The notes under the pieces were generated by a model. That model searched no databases, was not told where the DNA came from, and worked only from the letters and a program-made list of their open reading frames with translations. Positions 19,840 to 27,883 of a stretch of 56,398 bases of DNA are shown here, piece after piece. Source of the stretch: Acidimicrobiia bacterium (GTDB taxonomy: Bacteria; Actinomycetota; Acidimicrobiia; Spongiisociales; ZC4RG35); NCBI GenBank assembly GCA_048595045.1, contig JBMDXS010000241.1, positions 1 to 56,398 on the forward strand. Reading direction: 5' to 3'. A program made the translations under genes and the position numbers. The stretch's first letter is position 1. Every line of letters begins with the position of its first letter.

Positions 19840-20603
19840 GCCGGCACCTCCAGGGCGACTCCGTCGTCGCCTTTGCGGAGCCAGAGTAGGTACTCGACGT
19901 TCCCGTCCCTGCCTTCGATGGGCGATCGGATGATCCCGCGGGAGCCGAGCCCGACCCGGCCCAGACAGTCGCTGACCTGATTGACAGCGCTCTCTCTCGT
20001 CTCCTGACGGCGGACCACCCCACCGCTCCCGATCTCACCTTTGCCCGCCTCGAATTGAGGCTTGACCAGAACGATGAGATCGCCGCCCTCGGCGGCCACG
20101 GCGGCCAGTGTCGCCGCCACCGCGCAAAGTGAGATGAACGAGAGATCGGCCACGACGATCGGGAAGGGTGCATTCTCCAACGTCCCGGTCTCGACAAGTC
20201 GGAAGTTGGTGCGATCGAGTGGGATGACCCGTGGGTCAGAGCGAAGGCTCTCGTGCAATTGTGCCCTGCCCACGTCGAGAGCGGTCACCGATCTCGCACC
20301 GCGCTCCAGCATCACCTCGGTGAAGCCGCCCGTCGAGGCGCCGACATCCAAGACGTCCTTCCCTTCCGGGTCCACGGGGAAAGCATCGAGAGCAGCAAGC
20401 ATCTTGTGAGCGCCACGTGACACCCAGCGCTTCTCATCCGACTGCAATTCGATCGGAGTGTCCGGGGAGACCAGCGAGGCCGGCTTTGGGGTGGGCATCC
20501 CGGCGACGAGGATCCTCGACTCGGTGATGAGCCGTTGTGCTTCGCTGCGGCTCCGGGCCAGCTCACGACGCACCAACTCGGCGTCGAGACGACGTCTGGT
20601 CAG
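19836..20603 (-). CDS. tlyA: TlyA family rRNA 2'-O-methyltransferase
   Basis: S4 domain, VSRGAHK, LDVGASTGGFT, ADLSFISL, VKPQFE. Start placed at in-frame CTG 20603 so that the RRRLDAELV motif is included; TTG 20576 is the alternative. Confidence 0.95.
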   Translation of the reverse strand: MTRRRLDAELVRRELARSRSEAQRLITESRILVAGMPTPKPASLVSPDTPIELQSDEKRWVSRGAHKMLAALDAFPVDPEGKDVLDVGASTGGFTEVMLERGARSVTALDVGRAQLHESLRSDPRVIPLDRTNFRLVETGTLENAPFPIVVADLSFISLCAVAATLAAVAAEGGDLIVLVKPQFEAGKGEIGSGGVVRRQETRESAVNQVSDCLGRVGLGSRGIIRSPIEGRDGNVEYLLWLRKGDDGVALEVPA

Positions 20604-20743
20604 GTCGTCTCCGATTCCTCGAGGATCGATCCCAGCAGGTCGGCGAGCTCGGCGGCCGGCTCAGGCACCTCGGCCGGATCGAGCTCCTCGAGACGCGCCA
20701 GAACCGCTTCGAGCTTCTCCAGCTGCTCCTGAGTGATGTCCAT
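20600..20743 (-). CDS. Small acidic helical protein (47 aa)
   Basis: Not in the ORF track. MDITQEQLEKLEAVLARLEELDPAEVPEPAAELADLLGSILEESETT; GC3-rich codons; stop overlaps the tlyA start region. Confidence 0.72.
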   Translation of the reverse strand: MDITQEQLEKLEAVLARLEELDPAEVPEPAAELADLLGSILEESETT

Positions 20744-20791
20744 CCTCGAATTATCGCCCAATCGAGTTGGCGATCACCAGATCTTCGACAC

Positions 20792-22750
20792 TCACGTCTG
20801 TATGTCCTCCTCGACTCGCAGCACGGACAGGAGCACCCTCATCAGGAGGATCACCGCCAACGAGAGGCCGATCCAGCCCAAGATCTCGTACAGATCGACA
20901 CCGATCGCGGTGAGGCTGGGGCCACCTTGAGTCCGCAACAGGAGAACCGAGACGAGACCGACCCCGATGCTGAGAAGCGCCAGCACGATGCGATTCACCA
21001 GGTTCTCCAGGACGCGGACCTCTTGAACGTCGGTGAAGAGCCTGAGACGTGTGGTGAGGCGACCGTGCTCCAGGAGGGTCGCGATCCGATCAATGTGACG
21101 TGGGGCGCGACTAAGCAATGGGCCAAGCTGGGCCCACTCCTGCTGAACCAACTCGGAAACCGATCCCGGCAACATCCGCTCCCGGAACTCGGCCCCGCCG
21201 ACATCGGCTATGACGTCGATCAGCGGGTATCCGGGCGATAGTTGTTCCAACGTCCCGGCCAGGGTGGCCAGGGCACGGAACATCGTCGTCGTCGACCGGG
21301 GGAGGGTCATCCGGAGCCTGTTCGTCAGGGCGAGAAGATCGGTGAGGGTGTCCGGGGAAGGGATCCCGGAGCCGACATCGGCGGCGAGAAACTGGGCCAG
21401 GGCCCTTTCGATCTCATCCGGGTCCCGGGTCGGGCTGACCGCACCGATCGAGACCATTGCCTCGTAGAGCAACGATGGCTGCTGCAGCTTCATGGCGACC
21501 AACATCTGGAACACGGACGCTCTTTCGAAGGTGTCCAAGCGACCCGCGATGCCGAAATCGATGAGACCGAGGTCACCGCTCTCGAGGACCAACACATTGC
21601 CGGGGTGTGGGTCGCCGTGGAATCTCTCCCCCTTCAGCATCGCCTGGACCTGAGAGACGCAGAGGGCATCGGCGAGCAGCCGTCCCCGCACGGGCTCGAT
21701 CCCGGAGTCATCGAGTGACAATGGGACACCCGACAAGCGCTCCATCACCAGCATTCGCTCGGATGTCAGGGAGTCGATGATGTCGGGGGCAACGATTCGG
21801 GGTTGACGGGCGATCGCCGCTCCCGCCTCGATGGCGTGACGAGCCTCGACGTGGAAATCCAGCTCACCGTGCACGACGTCGGAGAACTCGTCGACGAGCG
21901 AGGTGACGCGGTACTGGGCCCCCCAGTGGGTCCGTCGCTCCGCGGTCCTGGCCAGCCACCGGGCAATGGCCAGATCTCGTTCCACCTGCTCTGTCAGACC
22001 TGGCCGTCTCACCTTGACCACCACTTCGCGCCCATCGTGCAGACGCGCCGAATGTGCCTGGGCGATGGAGGCCGAGCCCAGCGGTTGCCAGTCGATCTCG
22101 GCGAAGACCTCCTCGATCTCGCGACCGGTCTCCTCTCGGATGACCTGTGCCACCTGATCCTGGGGCAGGGGGGCCGCCGAGGCGTGAAGACGTCCCAGCT
22201 CAGCCATGGCGGCCGGAGGAACGAGATCAGGTCGCGTCGCCAGGAGCTGCCCCAACTTGATGAACACCCCTCCCGATTCCTCGAGTGCGACGCGAACCCG
22301 GCGGGCAAGCTCCTCGGGGCTTCGGGTCGAGACCTCACCCCGCCGCAGACCCACCAGTGGGGCGAGGCCGTTGCGGGCGATGATGCGGGTCACCTGTGAG
22401 CCGCGACGGATCAAACCGGCTCGACGACGGAGTGCTTTGAACGGATGAGGTATGTGGGGTCCGAGTCGTGCCTTGGGCCGGGCGAACAAGAGCTCCAGGA
22501 CGACTATCGCCCCCATGGTGCCGATCAGGGCGAAGGGCAGGGACAGAGCGAGCACCTGACCACCGTCGATGTCCTGAACCTGGGTGAAATCCCGGACCAG
22601 GATCAGGACGGCCACGGCCTGCCCGAACACGAAGCCCACGAGGATGGCGAGGAGTGTTCGCCTCCAGGTCAGCTCGCGAGCTCCCACCAAGCCTCGAGCC
22701 ACCCACGCGAAGAGCAGCAGGAAGACGACAGTCAACAGGAAGTCGCCCAT
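20792..22750 (-). CDS. AarF/UbiB (ABC1) family kinase-like protein with N- and C-terminal TM segments
   Basis: FIKLGQLLATRPDL, LGSASIAQAH, VVVKVRRP, ELDF, FHGDPHPGN, IDFG. Confidence 0.93.
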   Translation of the reverse strand: MGDFLLTVVFLLLFAWVARGLVGARELTWRRTLLAILVGFVFGQAVAVLILVRDFTQVQDIDGGQVLALSLPFALIGTMGAIVVLELLFARPKARLGPHIPHPFKALRRRAGLIRRGSQVTRIIARNGLAPLVGLRRGEVSTRSPEELARRVRVALEESGGVFIKLGQLLATRPDLVPPAAMAELGRLHASAAPLPQDQVAQVIREETGREIEEVFAEIDWQPLGSASIAQAHSARLHDGREVVVKVRRPGLTEQVERDLAIARWLARTAERRTHWGAQYRVTSLVDEFSDVVHGELDFHVEARHAIEAGAAIARQPRIVAPDIIDSLTSERMLVMERLSGVPLSLDDSGIEPVRGRLLADALCVSQVQAMLKGERFHGDPHPGNVLVLESGDLGLIDFGIAGRLDTFERASVFQMLVAMKLQQPSLLYEAMVSIGAVSPTRDPDEIERALAQFLAADVGSGIPSPDTLTDLLALTNRLRMTLPRSTTTMFRALATLAGTLEQLSPGYPLIDVIADVGGAEFRERMLPGSVSELVQQEWAQLGPLLSRAPRHIDRIATLLEHGRLTTRLRLFTDVQEVRVLENLVNRIVLALLSIGVGLVSVLLLRTQGGPSLTAIGVDLYEILGWIGLSLAVILLMRVLLSVLRVEEDIQT

Positions 22751-22759
22751 GGTCCAAGG

Positions 22760-23539
22760 CTACGGGACGCCGATTGGCGCGGTCGGCCCCTCGTTCAACA
22801 ACAGATCGACGGCAGCTGCCAGGTTGGGCACCACGTGGTCCGCACCCGATGCCACGTCATGACCGGTCACCCCGCTCAGGACGAGGATCGATCGCCAGTC
22901 GGTCTCGGCTCGGGCCAGGGCGATGTCGGTGTCCACCCGGTCTCCGATCACCCACGCCGCGCCGATGCCCCTCGAGCGGAGCAGCGCCCTCATCGGCGCA
23001 TGCGGCTTTCCCGCCACTTCCGGGGATACACCCGTGGTGGTCTGCACCGCCGCCACCATCGAGCCACCGCCGGGCAGGAGACCACTCGCCACCGGGTAGG
23101 TCGGGTCGGTGTTGGTGGCGATGAACCGGGCACCGGCCCGCACTGCGTCGGCGGCCCGGGTGAGGCGGTCGTAGCTCAGGTCGAAATCCAGGCCAACCAG
23201 GAGGGCCCGGGCCTCAGTGGGGTTTTCGGTGGTCTCGACCCCGGCCAGCGCGAGCGCGCCGCTGATCCCACTCGAGCCGAGCACCATGACCGGCCGCTCG
23301 TCCTCGTCGAGCATCCCGACCGCCGCTTCCGAGGACGTGACTACCGACTCCGGCGGGACGTCTACACCTGTCATCTCGGTAATGCGGGCGCTGACCATCT
23401 CGGGAGTCTTCGTGCTGTTGTTGGTGGCGAACCAGATGCCGATGCCGGCCCGTGCCAGACGCCCCAATGCCAGGTCCGAGCCCGCGATCAGCTGATCCCC
23501 GCGATAGACGACACCATCTATGTCACATATGACGTTCAT
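22760..23539 (-). CDS. HAD-IIA family hydrolase (NagD-like)
   Basis: DIDGV, TNNS, ATNTD, GKP, IGDRVDTDI. Confidence 0.95.
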   Translation of the reverse strand: MNVICDIDGVVYRGDQLIAGSDLALGRLARAGIGIWFATNNSTKTPEMVSARITEMTGVDVPPESVVTSSEAAVGMLDEDERPVMVLGSSGISGALALAGVETTENPTEARALLVGLDFDLSYDRLTRAADAVRAGARFIATNTDPTYPVASGLLPGGGSMVAAVQTTTGVSPEVAGKPHAPMRALLRSRGIGAAWVIGDRVDTDIALARAETDWRSILVLSGVTGHDVASGADHVVPNLAAAVDLLLNEGPTAPIGVP

Positions 23540-24864
23540 CCGGGGGAGAAGAACCGCTCCAACACTCGCTCATAGAGCTGTGCGGTCCGTTCCACGGACC
23601 GGGCCGACACATGCTCGTCGTTCCCATGAAAGAGCGACAGCATCTCAGAGAACGCCATCCGATCGTCGAAGAGGCCCACCCCGTAGCAGACAGTTCCCCT
23701 CGCCCGCCAATAGCGGGCATCGGTGGCCACGGTCATCATCGTCGGCGTCAGACTGCGGTGACCCTCGAGGTCCTCGACAGCGTCCCCGATCGCTTCCCAC
23801 AGGGCATTGCCCACCGCCGAGACCGTGGCGTCGTTGTCCATCACCGGGGTTATGTCCACATCGCCGGAGGCGCTGCCCATCGCCTTTCGCAGATGGGCGT
23901 CGACATACTCGCGATCCATGCCCGGAAGACCACGGATGTCGATCTGGGCCCGGGCGCGATCGGCCACGACATTGGTCTTGGCCCCCGCCCGGGCGACATT
24001 CGGCGAGATGGTGAGATGCGTGGCGGCGTGTATGTAACGGGCCAGCGCCGGGTCTTCTCCCGAGATGCGATCTATCTCGTCGTCGAGACGGTCGACGTCG
24101 CCCAGCCGCTCCTTCGACGCATCGTCGAGGGCGAGGTGGTCGAGAAAGGCGAGCCACTCGGGGGTGACCGTTGCGGGAGCCGGGGTGTTGACGATCCCCG
24201 CCAGAGCGAGGACGAGCTTCTCCAGGGCGTTGTCGGCCCGGTACGGGACCGAGCCATGCCCCGGTGTCCCCACGGTGTCCAGGATGGACCAATAAGCTCC
24301 CTTCTCCCCCACCGAGACGGGCACAGTCGACTGCCCGGCGGCGGTCAAGGCCGGATAAGCGACCTCGGTGAGCAAGTAGTCGGATGCCACCATGCTCCAG
24401 TGCTCCTCGACCAGATACATCGCCCCCAGTCGGCCCCCGGCCTCCTCATCGGCGACGGCGGCGAAGACGAGGTCACCTCGGGCCTTCTTCTCTCCGGTCA
24501 AATAGGGCCTCACAGCCCACGCCATCGCAGCGGTGACGTTCAGCATGTCGACCGCTCCACGCCCGAAGACGAAGCCGTCGTGGGTCTCGGCCGCGAAGGG
24601 GTCCACCGACCAGCCCTCACGACCGGCGGGGACCACGTCGAGATGGGGCACGAGGGCGATCGAGGGTGAGTCCGGATCCTGGCCCTGGATGCGATAGACC
24701 AGCGACTGACGTCCCGGCGACGGCTCCACGATCTCGCCCTCGAGCCCGATGAAGTCGACCAATGTGGCCACCGATCGCGCCTCGTTGCCGCTTTCAGGTG
24801 ACCCGTCGTTCACGCACTGATTCCGGATCAGCTCCTGAAGAAGCTCAACCGGGCCCGTGCTCAT
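23536..24864 (-). CDS. M20/M25/M40 family metallo-hydrolase
   Basis: HLDVVP, FGRGAVDM, ADEEAGG, GHGS, TDAR, HGNDE. Confidence 0.93.
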   Translation of the reverse strand: MSTGPVELLQELIRNQCVNDGSPESGNEARSVATLVDFIGLEGEIVEPSPGRQSLVYRIQGQDPDSPSIALVPHLDVVPAGREGWSVDPFAAETHDGFVFGRGAVDMLNVTAAMAWAVRPYLTGEKKARGDLVFAAVADEEAGGRLGAMYLVEEHWSMVASDYLLTEVAYPALTAAGQSTVPVSVGEKGAYWSILDTVGTPGHGSVPYRADNALEKLVLALAGIVNTPAPATVTPEWLAFLDHLALDDASKERLGDVDRLDDEIDRISGEDPALARYIHAATHLTISPNVARAGAKTNVVADRARAQIDIRGLPGMDREYVDAHLRKAMGSASGDVDITPVMDNDATVSAVGNALWEAIGDAVEDLEGHRSLTPTMMTVATDARYWRARGTVCYGVGLFDDRMAFSEMLSLFHGNDEHVSARSVERTAQLYERVLERFFSPG

Positions 24865-24874
24865 GAAGCGCAGC

Positions 24875-25288
24875 TTATGACCCTGGCCGGGTGCGGAGGA
24901 TGTCGATCAACTCGTACATGGTGCTGGTCAGGGGATATCCACCCACCTCGTCGAGGGGGACCCATTCGGCCCGATCGGCGTCGTCGCCCGGGGCGAGCCG
25001 GCCGCCGACCACCGAGGCCAGGAAATCGATGAGGACGATGTGCCCGTGGTCGGAGATGTGCTCGCCCACCCACACCACGTCTCCCACGTCGACGACCAAT
25101 CCCGTCTCCTCCAATGCCTCCCTGGCTGCCGCCTCGCGCAACGTCTCTCCTTTGCCGATCTTCCCCCCGGGCACGGCCCATGACCCTCTCGACGGCTCGT
25201 GGCCGCGCTGAACCAGCAGGATGCGCCCTTCATCGACCAGGACCACCCCGACCCCGACGACGGGAGGCTCATCGGTCACGGGCGTCAT
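24875..25288 (-). CDS. Nudix hydrolase (MutT-like)
   Basis: Nudix box GGKIGKGETLREAAAREALEETGL, PGDDA. Start is ATG 25288 or GTG 25279. Confidence 0.9.
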   Translation of the reverse strand: MTPVTDEPPVVGVGVVLVDEGRILLVQRGHEPSRGSWAVPGGKIGKGETLREAAAREALEETGLVVDVGDVVWVGEHISDHGHIVLIDFLASVVGGRLAPGDDADRAEWVPLDEVGGYPLTSTMYELIDILRTRPGS

Positions 25289-25751
25289 CGTGATGCATGA
25301 TGATCGATCGGGCGGAGAACCCGCCCGCCTCGAAGAAGTTCTTGGCGAGACGATGACCGGGCAGGACGTGGGCGTCGAACCTGGAGATGCCACGCTCCCG
25401 GAGCAGGTCCATGGTGTAGTCCCTCATCTCCTCCCCTAGCGAGACTTCCCTGGCGCCCGGCGCGACATAGATGAGCCTGATGGATCCAACCTCGGCTCCT
25501 CCTGCCTGGGGAAGGATCTGCTCGACCCTGGCCCAGACGAACCCGAAGGGGTAGCCGTCCAACTCACCGACCACCAGGACGCTCTCCGGGTCGTCCACCA
25601 GATCGCGGAAGGAGGTCTCAACCGGCTCCGCCAACCCGTCGGCCAGCGGCCACATCGAATGGAGCGCAGTCATCTCCTCCTCGAGGCCGCGATAGAGGTC
25701 GAGTAACGCCGGGATGTCGTCCCGGCCCGCCTTTCGAGCGGTCACCTTCAT
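25269..25751 (-). CDS. GNAT family N-acetyltransferase
   Basis: IYVAPGAREVSLG (motif A variant), AKNFFEAGGF; ATG 25751 overlaps the ppm1 TGA. Confidence 0.85.
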   Translation of the reverse strand: MKVTARKAGRDDIPALLDLYRGLEEEMTALHSMWPLADGLAEPVETSFRDLVDDPESVLVVGELDGYPFGFVWARVEQILPQAGGAEVGSIRLIYVAPGAREVSLGEEMRDYTMDLLRERGISRFDAHVLPGHRLAKNFFEAGGFSARSIIMHHDDARDR

Positions 25752-26476
25752 CCCGGGCTCCGGCCCCGGATCAGACGCTGAGCACCCCACACTGTGACCA
25801 ATCTCATGGCCTCGATGACGATCCCGGTCCCCATCTTGGAACTGCCCCTGGTCCGGTCCCGAAACGTGATCGGCACTTCGACCACCTTCAGGCCGGCTTC
25901 CTGAGCCCGCATCGCCATCTCCACCTGGAACCCATACCCGGAAGCCTCCGCCCGGTGGTAGGGCAGCGATTGGAGCGCCTCGGCGCGGAAGGCCCGGAAT
26001 CCGGCCGTTGCATCGCGGATCGAAAGCCCAAGCATGACCCGTGCGTACAGGTTGCCTCCCATCGAGATGAAGCGGCGGCTCAACGGCCAGTCCGGGGTGG
26101 ACCCTCCGGGCACGTACCGAGATCCGATCGCAAGATCTGCCCCCTGTTCGATGGCCCGAACGAGTCGTGGTAGGTCGCCGGGGTCATGGGAGAAGTCGGC
26201 ATCCATCTCGATGACGGTCTCCGCACTCTCGGCGAGGGCGCGATCGAAGCCTTCCCGGTAGGCGGGGCCCAGGCCCTCCTTCGATGTCCGATGCAGGACC
26301 GATATCGCCGGATTCTCGGCGGCGAGCCGATCGGCGATGTCACCGGTCCCGTCGGGCGAGGAGTCATCGACCACCAGCAACCGGTAGCCATGTGCGGTGA
26401 TGGCAGCAGCGATGTCGGAGAGGTTCTCCCTCTCGTTGTAGGTGGGGAGGACGACCGTTACCCGGTCAGGTGGCAC
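25748..26476 (-). CDS. ppm1: Polyprenol monophosphomannose synthase (GT2, DPM1-like)
   Basis: LPTYNERENL, VDDSSPDGT, EMDADFSH, GSRYVPGG, GYGFQVE, FRDRTRGSSKM. Confidence 0.92.
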   Translation of the reverse strand: MPPDRVTVVLPTYNERENLSDIAAAITAHGYRLLVVDDSSPDGTGDIADRLAAENPAISVLHRTSKEGLGPAYREGFDRALAESAETVIEMDADFSHDPGDLPRLVRAIEQGADLAIGSRYVPGGSTPDWPLSRRFISMGGNLYARVMLGLSIRDATAGFRAFRAEALQSLPYHRAEASGYGFQVEMAMRAQEAGLKVVEVPITFRDRTRGSSKMGTGIVIEAMRLVTVWGAQRLIRGRSPG

Positions 26477-26945
26477 AGTCGATGCACAACATCTTCTTGC
26501 GATTCGCCAGCTGGCTGGTTCGCTTCACCATGAAACAGGACTGACAGACGAACTCATCGGACCGCTGCAGTTGGGCGTCGACGTTCATGGTGAGCTCCTC
26601 TCGCCTGATGGCGCGCAGCTCTTCCGCTTCGTCGACGAGCATCGCCTCCCCGGCCTCGTCGTCGAGCAGCTCGAGCTCTTCGCTCTCCAGCTCCTCGAGG
26701 GCCTCGGTGGTCTCGTCGTCGTGGTCCCCTCCCGCCTCGTCCTCTTCGGAGTCGAAGTCCTCCTCGTCTTCTTCGGACTCCTCCTCCTCCTCGAACTCTT
26801 CCTCCTCGAACTCTGCGTCTAGATCGACCTCTTCGAGGTCTTCGTCCAGATCGGAGATGGCGTCCTCGTCGACGTCTTCCACGGGCGCGTCCTCGAGATC
26901 GTCCTCGAAGTCCTCGGTGAGCTCTTCCACTTGTTCTTTGGCCAT
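26466..26945 (-). CDS. DUF4193-like acidic protein with C-terminal Zn ribbon
   Basis: Long D/E-rich tract followed by EFVCQSCFMVKRTSQLA...CIDC. Start trimmed to MAKEQVEEL. Confidence 0.85.
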   Translation of the reverse strand: MAKEQVEELTEDFEDDLEDAPVEDVDEDAISDLDEDLEEVDLDAEFEEEEFEEEEESEEDEEDFDSEEDEAGGDHDDETTEALEELESEELELLDDEAGEAMLVDEAEELRAIRREELTMNVDAQLQRSDEFVCQSCFMVKRTSQLANRKKMLCIDCAT

Positions 26946-26998
26946 CATCAACCCGGGTAGGCGCCCCTCGGCGGAGCGGGAGTATAAGTCGCGCCCGA

Positions 26999-27883
26999 TC
27001 AGATCTTCAGATCGATCGCGGCCGGGATAACACGGCCACTGACCGGGGTATTCCCCACCACATCCCCGTCGCATTCCAGAGGCCATACCGGCTCGCTGGT
27101 GATGGTGAACTCGGCTGCGGAGACCCTCCTCACCGAGGGATCGGTGAGATGGGTTCCCCTGATCACCTTGGGCACGAGAGCCGGGGCTCCGGTCTTCCGG
27201 GTGTCGATGATCTGGACGTCGAGGACCCCGTCGACCAGCGTGGCCTTGGGGGCGACATTCCATCCGCCTGCGAAGAACTGAGCATTGGCCAGGATCACGG
27301 CGAGCGCCTCGCTCTCGATGGTCCGCCGCTCCGTGGTGACGACCACGTTTGCCCTCGGGAATGCGGGGAGTCGGGCCACGAAGGCAAGAGGATATCTCGA
27401 GGATCCGAGCCGCCGGCCCAATCGAACCGCAGTTTGGGCCGCCGCGGCCCCAATTCCCGCCTGGGCGACGTTGACGAAGTAGCGAGTGCCCCAGCTCCCT
27501 TCCAGGGTGGCGACATCGACCGCATATGTGTCGTCGGTCTTCAGGTGCCGGGCGGCCCCGATGAGATCCTGGGGGAGGCCAAAGGTGCGGAGTAGGTCAC
27601 AGCCGGTTCCCACCGGCAGGACGCCAACCACCGGAGGCTCGGAAAGGCCAAGCGGCATCAAGGCGTTGATGGCCAGGTTCACCGTCCCGTCGCCACCTGC
27701 GACGGCGAAATGCCCTGCCCCGCCCCGTGCGGCGGCCCGGATCTGGGCCGTGGTCTCCTCGGGCGATCCAGGGACATGCATGACGTGCTCGACCCCGACC
27801 TCCCGGAGCAGGGTGGCGATGTGTGCCGGGTCGACCGCTCTCCGGCCGGCCATCCTGTTGACGTACACCTGCCAGGTGGGCAA
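26999..27883 (-). CDS. Diacylglycerol/lipid kinase family protein (YegS-like)
   Basis: NRMAG, GGDGT, PVGTGCD, FAGG, DGVLD, CDGD. Confidence 0.9.
   Translation of the reverse strand: MPTWQVYVNRMAGRRAVDPAHIATLLREVGVEHVMHVPGSPEETTAQIRAAARGGAGHFAVAGGDGTVNLAINALMPLGLSEPPVVGVLPVGTGCDLLRTFGLPQDLIGAARHLKTDDTYAVDVATLEGSWGTRYFVNVAQAGIGAAAAQTAVRLGRRLGSSRYPLAFVARLPAFPRANVVVTTERRTIESEALAVILANAQFFAGGWNVAPKATLVDGVLDVQIIDTRKTGAPALVPKVIRGTHLTDPSVRRVSAAEFTITSEPVWPLECDGDVVGNTPVSGRVIPAAIDLKI

Noticed and set aside
26640-26940. TCC/TCG/TCT-rich low-complexity tract as a repeat array or Ser-rich plus-strand protein
   Set aside because: It is the antisense of Glu/Asp codons in the DUF4193-like gene and has no repeat-spacer structure.
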